64,000 bases of DNA, from positions 36,146,001 to 36,210,000 of the forward strand of contig NC_043006.1 of NCBI RefSeq assembly GCF_006345805.1, read 5' to 3'. The translations under genes were made by a program, and so were the position numbers. This document shows, piece by piece, positions 62,647 to 64,000 of the stretch. Below the pieces are notes generated by a model, which did no database searches, was not told the DNA's origin, and saw only the letters and a program-made list of their open reading frames with translations. Numbering within the stretch: the first letter of the stretch is position 1; each line of letters opens with the position of its first letter. The stretch comes from Octopus sinensis. Taxonomy: Eukaryota.

Positions 62647-63374
62647 AGGACAGACAGACGGGCGGATGGCTGGATAGATAGATAGATATCCATGTGTACT
62701 TCCAGGTATGAGATAGTGGAGTGTGATTTTAGGGGACTTTGACTGCCATTTTTAGCACATCCAGTGACCATGTAGAGGATCGATTATAAGTTCGAGGTTT
62801 TGACATATACCGCCCAAGACTGATATTCAATGTGTGAAAAATCCAGGTGTGTGAAACGGTTGAAAAGCCATCAGGTGAGAAGAAACATCAGCTTGTAATC
62901 TAGGGGCCGCCCTAACAGCTTTTATAAATCCCCCACCACACCACCCTACCGCATTTCCCTCCCCTCTCCTCTACCAATGTGTCTCACGATCGTGTTGGTG
63001 GTGATGGTGGTGTGGTGGTTGGTGAAATAGGGCCGGCTGTCAGTTATACATATAGTATAGTCGTTAGAGTAGTATGTACGAAGAAAGCTAGGGAGAGAGA
63101 AAGGGACAGAGAGAGAGAGAGAGGGAGAGAGAGGGGGAGAGACAGGGAAGAGACAGGGAGAGAGAGAGAGAGAAAAGGAAAATGACAAGCGTATAAAGGG
63201 ATGTGGTGCGAGGAGTTGATCCTATCTATTAAACCTGTTTTTTCTATATTCATTCACACACCCGCCCGCCCGCCCGCCAGCACACGCACACTCACTCTCA
63301 CACAAACACAAACACGCACACACACGTGCCCACATACGTTTTTATGTGTATGTATGTATGTATGTATGTATGTG

Positions 63375-63474
63375 NNNNNNNNNNNNNNNNNNNNNNNNNN
63401 NNNNNNNNNNNNNNNNNNNNNNNNNNNNNNNNNNNNNNNNNNNNNNNNNNNNNNNNNNNNNNNNNNNNNNNNNN
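63375..63474. other. Assembly gap (100 N)
   Basis: Run of N. Confidence 1.
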
Positions 63475-63605
63475 CTGAGTGAACTGGAGCAACGTGAAAT
63501 AAAGTGTCTTGCTCAAGAACACAACACGCAGCCCGGTCCGGGATTCGAGCTCACAACCTCACGATCGTAAGCTCGACGCTCTAACCACTGAGCCACGCGC
63601 CTTCA
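63475..63605 (-). mobile_element. SINE E head, cut by the assembly gap
   Basis: Reverse complement of GGCGCGTGGCTCAGTGGTTAGAGCGTCGAGCTTACGATCGTGAGGTTGTGAGCTCGAATCCC. Confidence 0.8.
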
Positions 63606-63608
63606 CAA

Positions 63609-63639
<31 letters not shown>

Positions 63640-64000
63640 GGATATATGTGTATATATACCCATATATTTACACGACCACAGAAGCCCATCCCTACCTGCT
63701 TCTTGTCTCTCTCCATCTCTACTATCTTCCTCTTTCTTCTTTCCTCACTCTTTCTTTCACCCTCACCATCCTTCTCACTGTCACCCTCTGTCTCACCCTC
63801 ACCCTCTTTTCATATCCATATACTCCTCGAATACTCAAGTGCAGGACAATGGCTGAGCGACCTATCTAAGGGACGTAACTCTGATGGGCTTACGGGCTGG
63901 CTTTGATTTGTTCTATTTTGGCCGTGAATTTCGTTCGTTTTTTTTTATTCTTTTCCTTTTTTTTTATACAATCTTTACGAGATTCATACACCGGATGTAA

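Overview
AT-rich, repeat-dominated animal genomic DNA. The SINE families, the extreme microsatellite load and the element mix resemble an octopus (coleoid cephalopod) genome; this is an inference and cannot be proven from the window. Only one convincing cellular gene is present: an uninterrupted 5,025-nt ORF (19183-24207, +, 1674 aa) with an N-terminal coiled coil followed by about six tandem TRIM-NHL-like beta-propeller modules. The rest consists of tRNA-derived SINEs (at least 4-5 families), degenerate Penelope-like (PLE) retroelements, R4/Dong- and CR1-type LINE remnants, mariner, maT, Chapaev3-like, hAT and pogo/Tc2-like DNA transposon remnants or MITEs, Helitron-like elements, foldback elements in (TA)n, micro/minisatellites and one 100-N gap. 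Hidden signals: a hammerhead ribozyme motif with an intact core at 14235-14316 plus several decayed ones; a SINE tail fused repeatedly at the same nucleotide of related SINE heads; a family of (TA)n-flanked foldback elements; and several local inverted duplications. Nearly all other ORFs in the supplied track are microsatellite or SINE artefacts. Repeat boundaries were read by eye and are approximate (about +/-10-30 nt) unless terminal motifs are quoted.
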